This document shows positions 45,481-53,528 of a DNA stretch of 64,000 nt, piece after piece. The translations under genes were made by a program, and so were the position numbers. The stretch's first letter is position 1. Every line of letters begins with the position of its first letter. The stretch is taken from NCBI GenBank assembly GCA_964565045.1, contig CAZMED010000001.1, positions 169 through 64,168 on the forward strand, written 5' to 3'. This stretch comes from an uncultured Thermoanaerobaculia bacterium (GTDB taxonomy: Bacteria; Acidobacteriota; Thermoanaerobaculia; Thermoanaerobaculales; Sulfomarinibacteraceae). The notes under the pieces were generated by a model, which had not been told where the DNA came from, ran no database searches, and saw only the letters and a list, made by a program, of their open reading frames with translations.

Positions 45481-46215
45481 CTACTGCAGATTGAATCGCA
45501 CCGTGAGGATGTAAAGGACCTCCACCGGCTTGCCGTTGAGCGTGGACGGCTCGAAGCGCCACTTCTGGACGGCGTCGACCGCGGTCTCGGTGAGCCCGAG
45601 CGGCAGGCCGCGCAGGACCTTGACGTTCTGCACCCGCCCGTCCTTGCCGATCGTGCATTCGAGCACGACAACGCCCTGGATCCGCGCCCGACGGGCCGCT
45701 TCCGGGTACACCGGCGAGGGGCCGCTGATCTTGACCGGCTCGGTGATGTTGCCGCCGACCACGAAGCGGACGGGGCCCTCCGGCTCGGGCGGGGGGGGCG
45801 CGTCGGGGACGCCGAGCACCAGGTTGTCGTCGGGCACGAAGTCGATGTTCTCGTCCGGCTGCTCGTCGCGGATCGGCTCGGGCTCGTCCGGCGTCGGATC
45901 GGGGATCGGGACCTTCTGGGTCTTCGGCTTGGGGATCTGCTGCATCTCGCGCCGTGGCGGCTGCTTGAACTTGACCTGCTTGACGACGTAGATCTTGCTC
46001 TTCTTCTCTTTGGCATCCGACAAGCCGCCGGCGAAGGAGGGCCACTGGACGGCGAAGACAATGACGTGGAACACGATCGCAATGCCGAAAGCCCAGCGCG
46101 CGAACTTCCGATCCTGGGTTTCCTCCGCGGCCAGCATTTCGGCCGTGGTCATCGGCATGTCGGAGTCGTCGACCGCGTCCGGCTTGGTCTTCTTGGGCTT
46201 CCCGGCGTCGCTCAT
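45481..46215 (-). CDS. tonB: TonB-family energy transducer
   Basis: TM anchor FARWAFGIAIVFHVIVFAV, a Pro-rich spacer (PPPPEPEGP), and the TonB_C motif YPEAARRARIQGVVVLECTIGKDGRVQNVKVL. GGGAG precedes ATG 46215. Confidence 0.88.
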   Translation of the reverse strand: MSDAGKPKKTKPDAVDDSDMPMTTAEMLAAEETQDRKFARWAFGIAIVFHVIVFAVQWPSFAGGLSDAKEKKSKIYVVKQVKFKQPPRREMQQIPKPKTQKVPIPDPTPDEPEPIRDEQPDENIDFVPDDNLVLGVPDAPPPPEPEGPVRFVVGGNITEPVKISGPSPVYPEAARRARIQGVVVLECTIGKDGRVQNVKVLRGLPLGLTETAVDAVQKWRFEPSTLNGKPVEVLYILTVRFNLQ

Positions 46216-46226
46216 GGCATTCTCCC

Positions 46227-46676
46227 TCACTGGATCCCGAGCATGGACCAGAGGTTCTCGATCTCGCGTCGGGTTGGAATCGAAATCGTCTTGATCTCCA
46301 TGTCGATCTTGTCGGGCGCTTGTCGCAGCTCGTCGAAGACCGTGATCATGTCGCCGTAGGTCGCGTCGGGGTCGGTGCGCAGGATCACCGGCTTGTCCGG
46401 GTTCTGCTTCAGCTTGTCCCCGATGTACGGCAGCATCGCCTCGAAGGACATACCCTGACCGTCGACCTCGATCGCGCCGCCCCGCATGACGTGGACGTCG
46501 ATCGAGTCTTCCTGCTTGATCTCGGGCGTCTGGGTGTCCTCGGGCAGGGCGAAGTCGAGCCCGCGGGTCGCCGAGAACGCCGAGGTGATCATGAAGTAGA
46601 TGATCAGCAGGAACGAGATGTCGGCCATCGATCCGGTGAAGATCTCGGACGGGACTTCCTTCTTCTTTATCTTCAT
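46227..46676 (-). CDS. exbD: Biopolymer transport protein ExbD/TolR (copy 2)
   Basis: Membrane anchor region (ADISFLLIIYFMIT) followed by an ExbD periplasmic domain; 149 aa. Confidence 0.88.
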   Translation of the reverse strand: MKIKKKEVPSEIFTGSMADISFLLIIYFMITSAFSATRGLDFALPEDTQTPEIKQEDSIDVHVMRGGAIEVDGQGMSFEAMLPYIGDKLKQNPDKPVILRTDPDATYGDMITVFDELRQAPDKIDMEIKTISIPTRREIENLWSMLGIQ

Positions 46677-46692
46677 CGTCGTCCCTCCGCCG

Positions 46693-47136
46693 TCAATTGA
46701 CGGTCTTCTGTTCGGACAGGAGGTAGATGAACTTCACCTTCGACTGTTTGAGCGCATCGAGCACCGCGTCGACCCTCTCGTAGGGCACGGCGTCGTCGGC
46801 CTTGATGATGAACTCCTTGTCCGGGTTCTGGGCGACCTCGGTCGAGGCGAAGGTGACGACCTCCTCGTCGGTGCTGACCGGCAGCGACATCTCCTCGCCG
46901 GTCGAGACGCGAACTGTCAACGGCGGGTTGGCATCGGGCGGCGAAATCGAAATCACGGCCGCCTTCTCCGGAACCTTCATCCGCACCCAGGTGTCGGGCA
47001 GGTCCATCTTCGTGCGGTCGACCTCGACCTTGTAAGTGAGGACGAAGAACACGATCAGCAGGAAGACGATGTCCGCCATCGATGCCGTGAAGATCTGCGC
47101 TCCGGTTTTGCGGTCCCTTCCGCGGATGAGTGCCAT
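46693..47136 (-). CDS. exbD: Biopolymer transport protein ExbD/TolR (copy 1)
   Basis: Membrane anchor region (ADIVFLLIVFFVLT) followed by an ExbD periplasmic domain; 147 aa. Confidence 0.88.
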   Translation of the reverse strand: MALIRGRDRKTGAQIFTASMADIVFLLIVFFVLTYKVEVDRTKMDLPDTWVRMKVPEKAAVISISPPDANPPLTVRVSTGEEMSLPVSTDEEVVTFASTEVAQNPDKEFIIKADDAVPYERVDAVLDALKQSKVKFIYLLSEQKTVN

Positions 47137-47150
47137 CGGCGGACTCCCTT

Positions 47151-47807
47151 CTAGGCCTGGCCCTCGCCCCCCTGGGCGTAACGCTGGCTGTCCATCTCGA
47201 CGAAGGTCTCGACGAGCATGTTGGAAGCGGTCTCGATGTCACGCACGAAGCGGGTGATCTTGGTGGTGTACCAGTTGAAGACCAGCTGCGCCGGGATGGC
47301 GATGATGAGACCGGTGGCGGTCGTGATCAGCGCCTCGGAGATGCCGACAGCCACCGCGGCGGGGTTCGTCAGACCCTGCTCGGCGAGGGTGGCGAAGGAC
47401 TTGATCATGCCGGCGACGGTGCCGAGGAAGCCCAGCATGGGGGCCACGTTGGCGGTTGTGGCGAGCACGCCGAGGCGCTTTTCGAGCCGATCGAGCTCGT
47501 ACAGAGCGGCGTTCTCGATGGTCTTCTCGATGTCTTCCCGGGAGTGGCCGTAGCGCAGCAGACCGGCCTTCATGACCGAGGCCACCGGGCTCTTGTTCTG
47601 CTCGCAGACCTTGATCGCCTCTTTGACGTTGCGGTTGACCAGCAGCGCCTTGCGGATCTTGGTCAGAAACTCGTTGACATTGATCTTGGCCTTGGAAAAG
47701 ACAATGAAACGCTCGATTGCTACGGTGGCGGCCAACACCGAGAAAAAGAGCAGCGGGTACATGAAGATCCCACCCTGGCGGAAATACTCTGCAACCTGTC
47801 CAGTCAC
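47151..47807 (-). CDS. exbB: MotA/TolQ/ExbB proton-channel protein
   Basis: GGIFMYPLLFFSVLAATVAIERF and the C-terminal channel helices GLTNPAAVAVGISEALITTATGLIIAIP. GTG start with a GAGGAGG RBS. Confidence 0.9.
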   Translation of the reverse strand: MTGQVAEYFRQGGIFMYPLLFFSVLAATVAIERFIVFSKAKINVNEFLTKIRKALLVNRNVKEAIKVCEQNKSPVASVMKAGLLRYGHSREDIEKTIENAALYELDRLEKRLGVLATTANVAPMLGFLGTVAGMIKSFATLAEQGLTNPAAVAVGISEALITTATGLIIAIPAQLVFNWYTTKITRFVRDIETASNMLVETFVEMDSQRYAQGGEGQA

Positions 47808-47997
47808 GGCTCTGCCTCCTCTTGGTTCGAGTTCTCAGGCGGGGATGAGTTCCAGCCTCATCCGGAAATCCTTCGTGTATCGTCCGGTGGGCCCGAGGAT
47901 CCGACCCGAAAACACCGTCGCGATACCCTGTCGTTGCGTCGCGCGTGCTTCATCCGAGAATGAAGGCAGGGCATCGTAGCACGGGCCCCCGGGGGCG

Positions 47998-48489
47998 TCA
48001 ACGAGTTGCCCTGCAGGCTCCGGAGTGAATGTGCGTGAGGGCCACGGCCATCGCGTCGGCGGCATCCACCGGTGGTGTTTCCCGGAGGCTGAGCAGGCGA
48101 ATCACCATGAAGACGACCTGCGGTTTCTCGGCCCGCCCGGTGCCGACGATGGCGGATTTGACCTCGGCAGGGCTGTACGAACGCACGGCGAGCCCGGCGG
48201 CGCCCAGGGCCGCGAGAATCACGCCCCGGCTCTCGGCGAGCGCCAGTCCGGACCGCGGGTTGAGGCCGGAAAACGAGGACTCGACAGCTGCTGTGTCCGG
48301 CGCGAGCTCGGCCAGCAGCGCGCGAAGACGCGCCAAGAGGTCGGCCAGCCGACCGGGCCGGTCCTCGCCGCGCGGCCGGATCACGCCGCTCGCCTCCAGG
48401 CGGTAGCGGTTGCCGACCGCGACCACCAGCGCCCACCCGGTCGCCCGCGAGCCGGGATCGACGCCGAGGACGCGAACGCCGCTGACCAT
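47998..48489 (-). CDS. ruvC: Crossover junction endodeoxyribonuclease RuvC
   Basis: VLGVDPGSRATGWALV..., and the acidic catalytic residues DAADAMAVAL near the C-terminus. Confidence 0.9.
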   Translation of the reverse strand: MVSGVRVLGVDPGSRATGWALVVAVGNRYRLEASGVIRPRGEDRPGRLADLLARLRALLAELAPDTAAVESSFSGLNPRSGLALAESRGVILAALGAAGLAVRSYSPAEVKSAIVGTGRAEKPQVVFMVIRLLSLRETPPVDAADAMAVALTHIHSGACRATR

Positions 48490-48498
48490 GGCGCCCGG

Positions 48499-49248
48499 TC
48501 AGCTCTCCGCCAGCAGCTCGTCGTCGATGTCGAAGTTCGCCCACACGTTCTGCACGTCGTCGTGGTCGTCGAAGGCCTCCATGAGGCGGATCATCTGCTG
48601 CGCCTGTTTGCCTTCGAGCCGGGTCGTGGACGAGGGCTCCATCTCGAACTGCGCGGCTTCGACCATGAGCCCTTCGGCCTCGAGCCGGTCCTTGACCAGG
48701 TGCAGCTCCTCGGGGCTGGTGAAGATCCGGAAGTAGTCCTCGTCGTCGAGGTCGAGGTCCTCCGCACCGGAATCCAGGACCAGCTCCATGACGCGGTCGT
48801 CGTCCAGGTCCTCGGACCGCGGGATGAGGATCAGGCCCTTGCGGGCGAACAACCAGGACACGCAGCCGTTCTCACCCAGGTTGCCGCCGTGCTTGGAGAA
48901 CAGGTGGCGGATCTCCGGCGTGGTGCGGTTGCGGTTGTCGGTGAGCAGCTCGAGCATCACGGCGACGCCGCCGGGACCGTAGCCCTCGAAGCTGATCTCC
49001 TCGTAATTGACCCCGGGAAGCTCGCCGGTGCCGCGCTGGACCGCCCGCTTGATGTTGTCGGCCGGCATGTTGGCGGCCTTGGCCGCGGCCACCGCGGCCC
49101 GCAGGCGGGGGTTGGCGTCCGCGTCGCCTCCCCCCTCCCGCGCCGAGACCGTGATCTCGCGGATGATCTTGGTGAAGATCTTGCCGCGCTTGGCGTCGGC
49201 CCGGCCCTTCTTGTGCTTGATCGTGCTCCACTTGCTGTGGCCCGACAT
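48499..49248 (-). CDS. yebC: YebC/PmpR-family transcriptional regulator
   Basis: MSGHSKWSTIKHKKGRADAKRGKIFTK...; classic yebC-ruvC pairing. Confidence 0.93.
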   Translation of the reverse strand: MSGHSKWSTIKHKKGRADAKRGKIFTKIIREITVSAREGGGDADANPRLRAAVAAAKAANMPADNIKRAVQRGTGELPGVNYEEISFEGYGPGGVAVMLELLTDNRNRTTPEIRHLFSKHGGNLGENGCVSWLFARKGLILIPRSEDLDDDRVMELVLDSGAEDLDLDDEDYFRIFTSPEELHLVKDRLEAEGLMVEAAQFEMEPSSTTRLEGKQAQQMIRLMEAFDDHDDVQNVWANFDIDDELLAES

Positions 49249-49350
49249 GGACCCTCCTCGTGTCCCGCCCCGCGCGGCTGCTGCGGATGCGGAGGTTGGG
49301 CATTATACCTCGGGGCCGGCGCCGGCCGCCGGGGATGCGGCGGCCTTCGG

Positions 49351-49378
49351 TTGACTTTGCAAACCCGTCACACATAAT
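49351..49378 (+). promoter_or_regulatory. Putative sigma70-type promoter for the Ser/Thr kinase gene
   Basis: TTGACT (49351-49356), a 16-nt spacer, then CATAAT (49373-49378), about 47 nt upstream of ATG 49425. Pattern match only. Confidence 0.4.
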
Positions 49379-49424
49379 GAGGTTTGGACACTTCGACCAC
49401 GGCAGGGGCTGCGAGGGCGGTTTG

Positions 49425-52355
49425 ATGCGTGCGAACATCCTTGTCATCGAGTACGAACCGCGGTCCGTGGAGCACGTGCAGGCCGCGCTGGCGGATGCCG
49501 GCTACCGACTCGAGATCGCCTCCACGGTCAACGACGCGGTCAATCGCTGCGCCCACTTCGAGCCCACCGTGGTGATCATCACCTCGCTGCTGCCCAACCT
49601 CAAGATCGAGGACGCGATCACCCAGTTGCGGGCGCGCGCCGGACTGCGCGCCACCCCCTTCCTGATCCTGATGTCGGGCTATCGCGGCGACACGCCGCGC
49701 CAGGACGCGGTTCGCTTCGGGGCCCAGGACATTCTGCCCCGGCCGTTCGGCCGCGATGATCTGCGGGCCCGCGTCGAGGAGCTGGTGAGCGCCGCGCCCA
49801 ACCCCGCGGCCACCCAGGCGATTCCGCAGGAGATGTTGGAGACCCTGCGCCGCAGTGCGGGCCTCGACGGCGGGGGGGGTGCAGTGACCTCGGACGATCT
49901 CTTCGGCGACATCGTCTTCGACGTCGAAGGAGGCGAGCCCCCCCCGACGGCCGCGACCGACGACGTGCTGTCATCGGCCGCCGGCGGCAAGAGCTCCGAG
50001 CCCGCGCCGGGGGCGAAGCCGTCCGCGGTCGACGAGGCGCTCGCCGACCTTCTCGCGAGCACCAGGAGCGCCCCGACCTCGAAGCAGGACCGGGACGTCG
50101 CGGCGGACGTCGACAAGATGCTCTCGGAAACCCTGTCGGGCCTCGAGGTCCGCCACCGTAAGGCGCCGGCTTCGCAGCCGTCCGCGCCGCGTGCCGAGCC
50201 GCCGGCCGCGCCGCGCCCGAAACCTTCGCCCTCGGGGCCGCCGGCCGCCGGCCGGCAGCCCGCCGCTCCCGGGTCGCCGCCCGCGGCCAGGGTCGCGTCG
50301 CCCGCGCCGCCACCCGCGGCGGGTTCGACGCCACCCCGGGTGCGGCCGCCGGAGCAGGCGCCGAAGGCGCCCCCTTCCGCGCCCGCAGCCGGGACCCCGG
50401 CCGCGAGCGTCCCGCCGCCATCGAAGCCTTCACCCGCCGCACCGTCCGCCCGGGCGGCGTCCATACGCGGCAGCCGCTTCGGTCAGTACGTTCTCGAGGA
50501 GCACATCGCCACCGGCGGCATGGCCGAGGTGTACAAAGCGCGGATGATGGGCATGGAGGGCTTTCAGAAGACCGTCGCCATCAAGAGGATCCTGTCCAAC
50601 CTGACGGACAGCGACGAGTTCGTGCGCATGTTCATCGACGAGGCCAAGCTCGCGGCACAGCTCAACCACAACAACATCATCCACATCTACGATCTCGGCA
50701 AGGTCGACCGTTCGCACTACATCGCCATGGAGTTCATCGACGGCCGCGACCTGCGCTCGATCCTGGCGGAGTGCCAGGAGCGCGGCCTCCGCATGCCGAT
50801 CCCGCTCGCCCTCCACATCACCGTCCTGCTCGCCTCGGCGCTCGACTACGCGCACAAGAAGCGGGACTTCGAAAACCGCGATCTCGGCCTGGTGCATCGC
50901 GACGTGTCCCCTCAGAACGTCCTCATCTCGTACCAGGGCGACGTGAAGCTGTGCGACTTCGGCATCGCGAAGGCGGCGTCGAAGGCATCCCAGACCCGCG
51001 CCGGGGCGCTCAAGGGCAAGCTGCAGTACATGTCCCCCGAGCAGGCATGGGGCAAGAGCATCGACCACCGGTCCGACATCTTCTCGCTCGGTCTGGTGCT
51101 GTACGAGATGCTGACCTCGAAGAAGGCGTTCGCGGGCGACTCCGAGCTGTCGGTTCTCGAGCAGGTCCGCGACCCCATCATCGCTGCTCCGTCCTCACAC
51201 AATCCGGAGGTCGGTCCGGAGATCGACCGCATCGTCTTCCAGGCGCTGCAGGCGGACCGCGATGACCGCTACCAGTCCGCGTTCGAGCTCCAGCGGGACA
51301 TCGAGCAGGTCATGCGGAGCCGGGAGTGGAGCGCTGACCAGACGGCCATCGCCGATTTCCTGGCCGCACTTCAGCGCAAGGACCCGCCCCGCACCGGTCC
51401 GCCGGGCGAAGCTGTCGGGCAGAGCGCCGCCAGCCCGCCGCGCGAACCGCCGCCGCCGCGCCGACCCGCCCCACCGACGGGACCGGGTCCGCGCGGCCCC
51501 GCCATCGCGCCTTCCAAGCCGCTCGACGTGCCGGCGCCGGATGCCGAGCTCGAACGGGCGCTCGGCCCCCGCCGCGATCCGGTACCGCCGCCGCTGGCGG
51601 CCGAGCTCGACGACACCGGCAGTGCCGCCGCTGCGGGCGGCTCCCGTCAACTGTGGGTGCTGCTGGCGATCCTGATCGTGGTGGTGGCCGCGGCGGGCTG
51701 GTACTTCCTGCGCGGCGGATCGGGGCCCGGTTCGGTATCGGGCGAACCCATGGCGGTGCCGGTGGCGACCGAGACCCCGAGCCCGGAGCCGGCTCCGGGC
51801 CTGCTCACCGAGCAGGAGCTGATCGAGCAGGCCCGGGCGGTTGCGGCGGCGGAGATCGAGAAGCAGGAGGAGGCCCTGCGGCTGCGACTGGAGGACGAGT
51901 TCCCGACGCCGACGCCGTACCCTCCGACTCCGACCCCGACCGCGACCGCCACGCCGACCGTGACCTCGACCCCGACCAGGGTGCCGCCGACCCCGACCCG
52001 TCTCGCGCCGACCGCGACGCCGGTGCCCCCGACGCCGACGCCGGCGGTCCGTGAGGGTGATATCGTGGCGCTCGGCCCCGGGGTCGTCCCGCCGGTCGCG
52101 ATCCAGCAGTCCAGTCCCGAGTACCCGCGGCTGGCGCATCGCCTGCGCAAGTCGGGGGTGGTTGAAGCGGAGGCGCTGGTGGGAATCGACGGCTCGGTCG
52201 AGGAGTTTCGTCTGATTGCCGTCGACTTCCCCGGGGTGGGCTTCGAGAAGGCGACCGAGGACGCCGTCAGGAGCTGGCGCTACAAGCCGGCGACCAAGCT
52301 CGGGGTGAGGGTGCGGATGTGGGTCGCGGTCCGGGTTCCGTTCGTGCTGGAATAG
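49425..52355 (+). CDS. Multidomain Ser/Thr protein kinase: REC-like N-domain, Pro/Ala-rich linker, Hanks kinase, TM helix, Pro/Thr-rich spacer, TonB C-terminal-like domain
   Basis: The kinase spans about aa 350-625 ([39 protein letters not shown]). The TM helix [20 protein letters not shown] lies at nt 51651-51710. The PT-rich stretch is at about nt 51900-52045. The C-terminal ~100 aa align with the TonB_C of the tonB gene in this window ([34 protein letters not shown]...[10 protein letters not shown]). Confidence 0.85.
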   Translation: MRANILVIEYEPRSVEHVQAALADAGYRLEIASTVNDAVNRCAHFEPTVVIITSLLPNLKIEDAITQLRARAGLRATPFLILMSGYRGDTPRQDAVRFGAQDILPRPFGRDDLRARVEELVSAAPNPAATQAIPQEMLETLRRSAGLDGGGGAVTSDDLFGDIVFDVEGGEPPPTAATDDVLSSAAGGKSSEPAPGAKPSAVDEALADLLASTRSAPTSKQDRDVAADVDKMLSETLSGLEVRHRKAPASQPSAPRAEPPAAPRPKPSPSGPPAAGRQPAAPGSPPAARVASPAPPPAAGSTPPRVRPPEQAPKAPPSAPAAGTPAASVPPPSKPSPAAPSARAASIRGSRFGQYVLEEHIATGGMAEVYKARMMGMEGFQKTVAIKRILSNLTDSDEFVRMFIDEAKLAAQLNHNNIIHIYDLGKVDRSHYIAMEFIDGRDLRSILAECQERGLRMPIPLALHITVLLASALDYAHKKRDFENRDLGLVHRDVSPQNVLISYQGDVKLCDFGIAKAASKASQTRAGALKGKLQYMSPEQAWGKSIDHRSDIFSLGLVLYEMLTSKKAFAGDSELSVLEQVRDPIIAAPSSHNPEVGPEIDRIVFQALQADRDDRYQSAFELQRDIEQVMRSREWSADQTAIADFLAALQRKDPPRTGPPGEAVGQSAASPPREPPPPRRPAPPTGPGPRGPAIAPSKPLDVPAPDAELERALGPRRDPVPPPLAAELDDTGSAAAAGGSRQLWVLLAILIVVVAAAGWYFLRGGSGPGSVSGEPMAVPVATETPSPEPAPGLLTEQELIEQARAVAAAEIEKQEEALRLRLEDEFPTPTPYPPTPTPTATATPTVTSTPTRVPPTPTRLAPTATPVPPTPTPAVREGDIVALGPGVVPPVAIQQSSPEYPRLAHRLRKSGVVEAEALVGIDGSVEEFRLIAVDFPGVGFEKATEDAVRSWRYKPATKLGVRVRMWVAVRVPFVLE

Positions 52356-52374
52356 ACAGGGTTGGAGGGGAGAC

Positions 52375-52602
52375 ATGGCTGGCCTTACCGAATCGCAGAA
52401 GAAGTTCTACGAGGAGGCGCTGCAGCAGACGAAGCGCGAGGTTCAGGAGATCGAGGGCCAGATCCAGGAAGAGCTCACCCGCGTCAAGGAGCGGATCGCG
52501 GACCTCCAGGTCGCCCAGAAGGCGGCCCGCCAGATGTACGACGCCGCGTGCCAACGTCTCGGGATCCCGAACGATCTCGACGGTGACGATTCGGACAGCT
52601 GA
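52375..52602 (+). CDS. Small acidic coiled-coil protein (75 aa)
   Basis: GGAGGGGAG RBS 5 nt upstream, strong GC3 bias, and heptad-like sequence QEIEGQIQEELTRVKERIADLQVAQKAARQ. It starts 19 nt after the kinase stop. Confidence 0.55.
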   Translation: MAGLTESQKKFYEEALQQTKREVQEIEGQIQEELTRVKERIADLQVAQKAARQMYDAACQRLGIPNDLDGDDSDS

Positions 52603-52727
52603 GTGCCTCCTCGCGGGACGGCAGAAGGGCCGGCAGCGACCATGGCGCGTCCCGATCTGCAGACACCTTTCCGCCCGGGCCGATGAGTTTCTGAGGATCG
52701 CGCCGGCGGCGCAGGACGGAGAGATCG

Positions 52728-53528
52728 ATGGACGAAGACAGTCGCGGACCGCAGGGCCTGTGGGTCAAGTGTCTGGGGTGCTCCGAGATCCTCTACCACA
52801 GCGAGGTTTCGGGGAACTTCCACGTGTGCCCGCGCTGCGGTTATCATTTCAGGATCTCCGCCGAGCTCCGCCTGCAGATGCTGTTCGACAACAGTCGCTA
52901 CAAAGTGCTCTTCGGCAGGATCCGTTCCGCCGACCCGCTCGGTTTCGTCGACTCCAAGCCCTATCCCGAGCGCCTCAAGGTCTACAACAAGAAGTACGGC
53001 GGCTCGGACGCGGTCGTGGTGGCGCAGGGCGAGATCGGCAAGACGCCCGTCATCGTCGCCGCCATGGAGTACGGCTTCATGGGCGGCTCCATGGGTTCGG
53101 CGGTGGGCGAGAAACTGGCCCGGGCCGTCGACCGCGCCGTCGACCGCAAGCTGCCGCTGATCATCGTGTCGTGCTCCGGCGGGGCCCGGATGCAGGAGGG
53201 CATCCTGTCGCTGATGCAGCTCGGCAAGGTCTCCGCCGGGCTCGCGCGGATGCGGGCCAGGGCCCTGCCCTTCATCTCGGTCCTGACCGACCCCACGACC
53301 GGCGGGGTGACCGCCAGCTACGCCATGCTCGGCGACCTCAACATCGCCGAGCCCGGAGCACTGATCGGGTTCGCCGGGCCGCGGGTCATCGAGCAGACCA
53401 TCCGGCAGACGCTCCCGGAGGGTTTCCAACGCTCCGAGTTCCTGCTCGCGCACGGCATGCTCGACATGGTGGTGCCGCGGCCCGAGCTCAAGAGCACCCT
53501 CGCCCGATGCCTGCCGCTGCTCCGTTGA
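52728..53528 (+). CDS. accD: Acetyl-CoA carboxylase carboxyltransferase beta subunit
   Basis: Zn-ribbon CLGCSEILY...CPRCGYHFRISA and GGSMGSAVGEK...SGGARMQEG. Confidence 0.93.
   Translation: MDEDSRGPQGLWVKCLGCSEILYHSEVSGNFHVCPRCGYHFRISAELRLQMLFDNSRYKVLFGRIRSADPLGFVDSKPYPERLKVYNKKYGGSDAVVVAQGEIGKTPVIVAAMEYGFMGGSMGSAVGEKLARAVDRAVDRKLPLIIVSCSGGARMQEGILSLMQLGKVSAGLARMRARALPFISVLTDPTTGGVTASYAMLGDLNIAEPGALIGFAGPRVIEQTIRQTLPEGFQRSEFLLAHGMLDMVVPRPELKSTLARCLPLLR

Noticed and set aside
49260-49424. A 55-codon N-terminal extension of the kinase ORF
   Set aside because: The extension is Arg-rich, overlaps the predicted promoter (TTGACT/CATAAT), and precedes the point where the REC-like fold begins ([10 protein letters not shown]).
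50000-50470. Pro/Ala/Ser-rich DNA in the kinase gene (and the PT-rich stretch 51900-52045) as a tandem-repeat contingency locus
   Set aside because: I saw no exact nucleotide-level periodic unit. It reads as in-frame low-complexity linker sequence, and the PT stretch is analogous to TonB periplasmic spacers.
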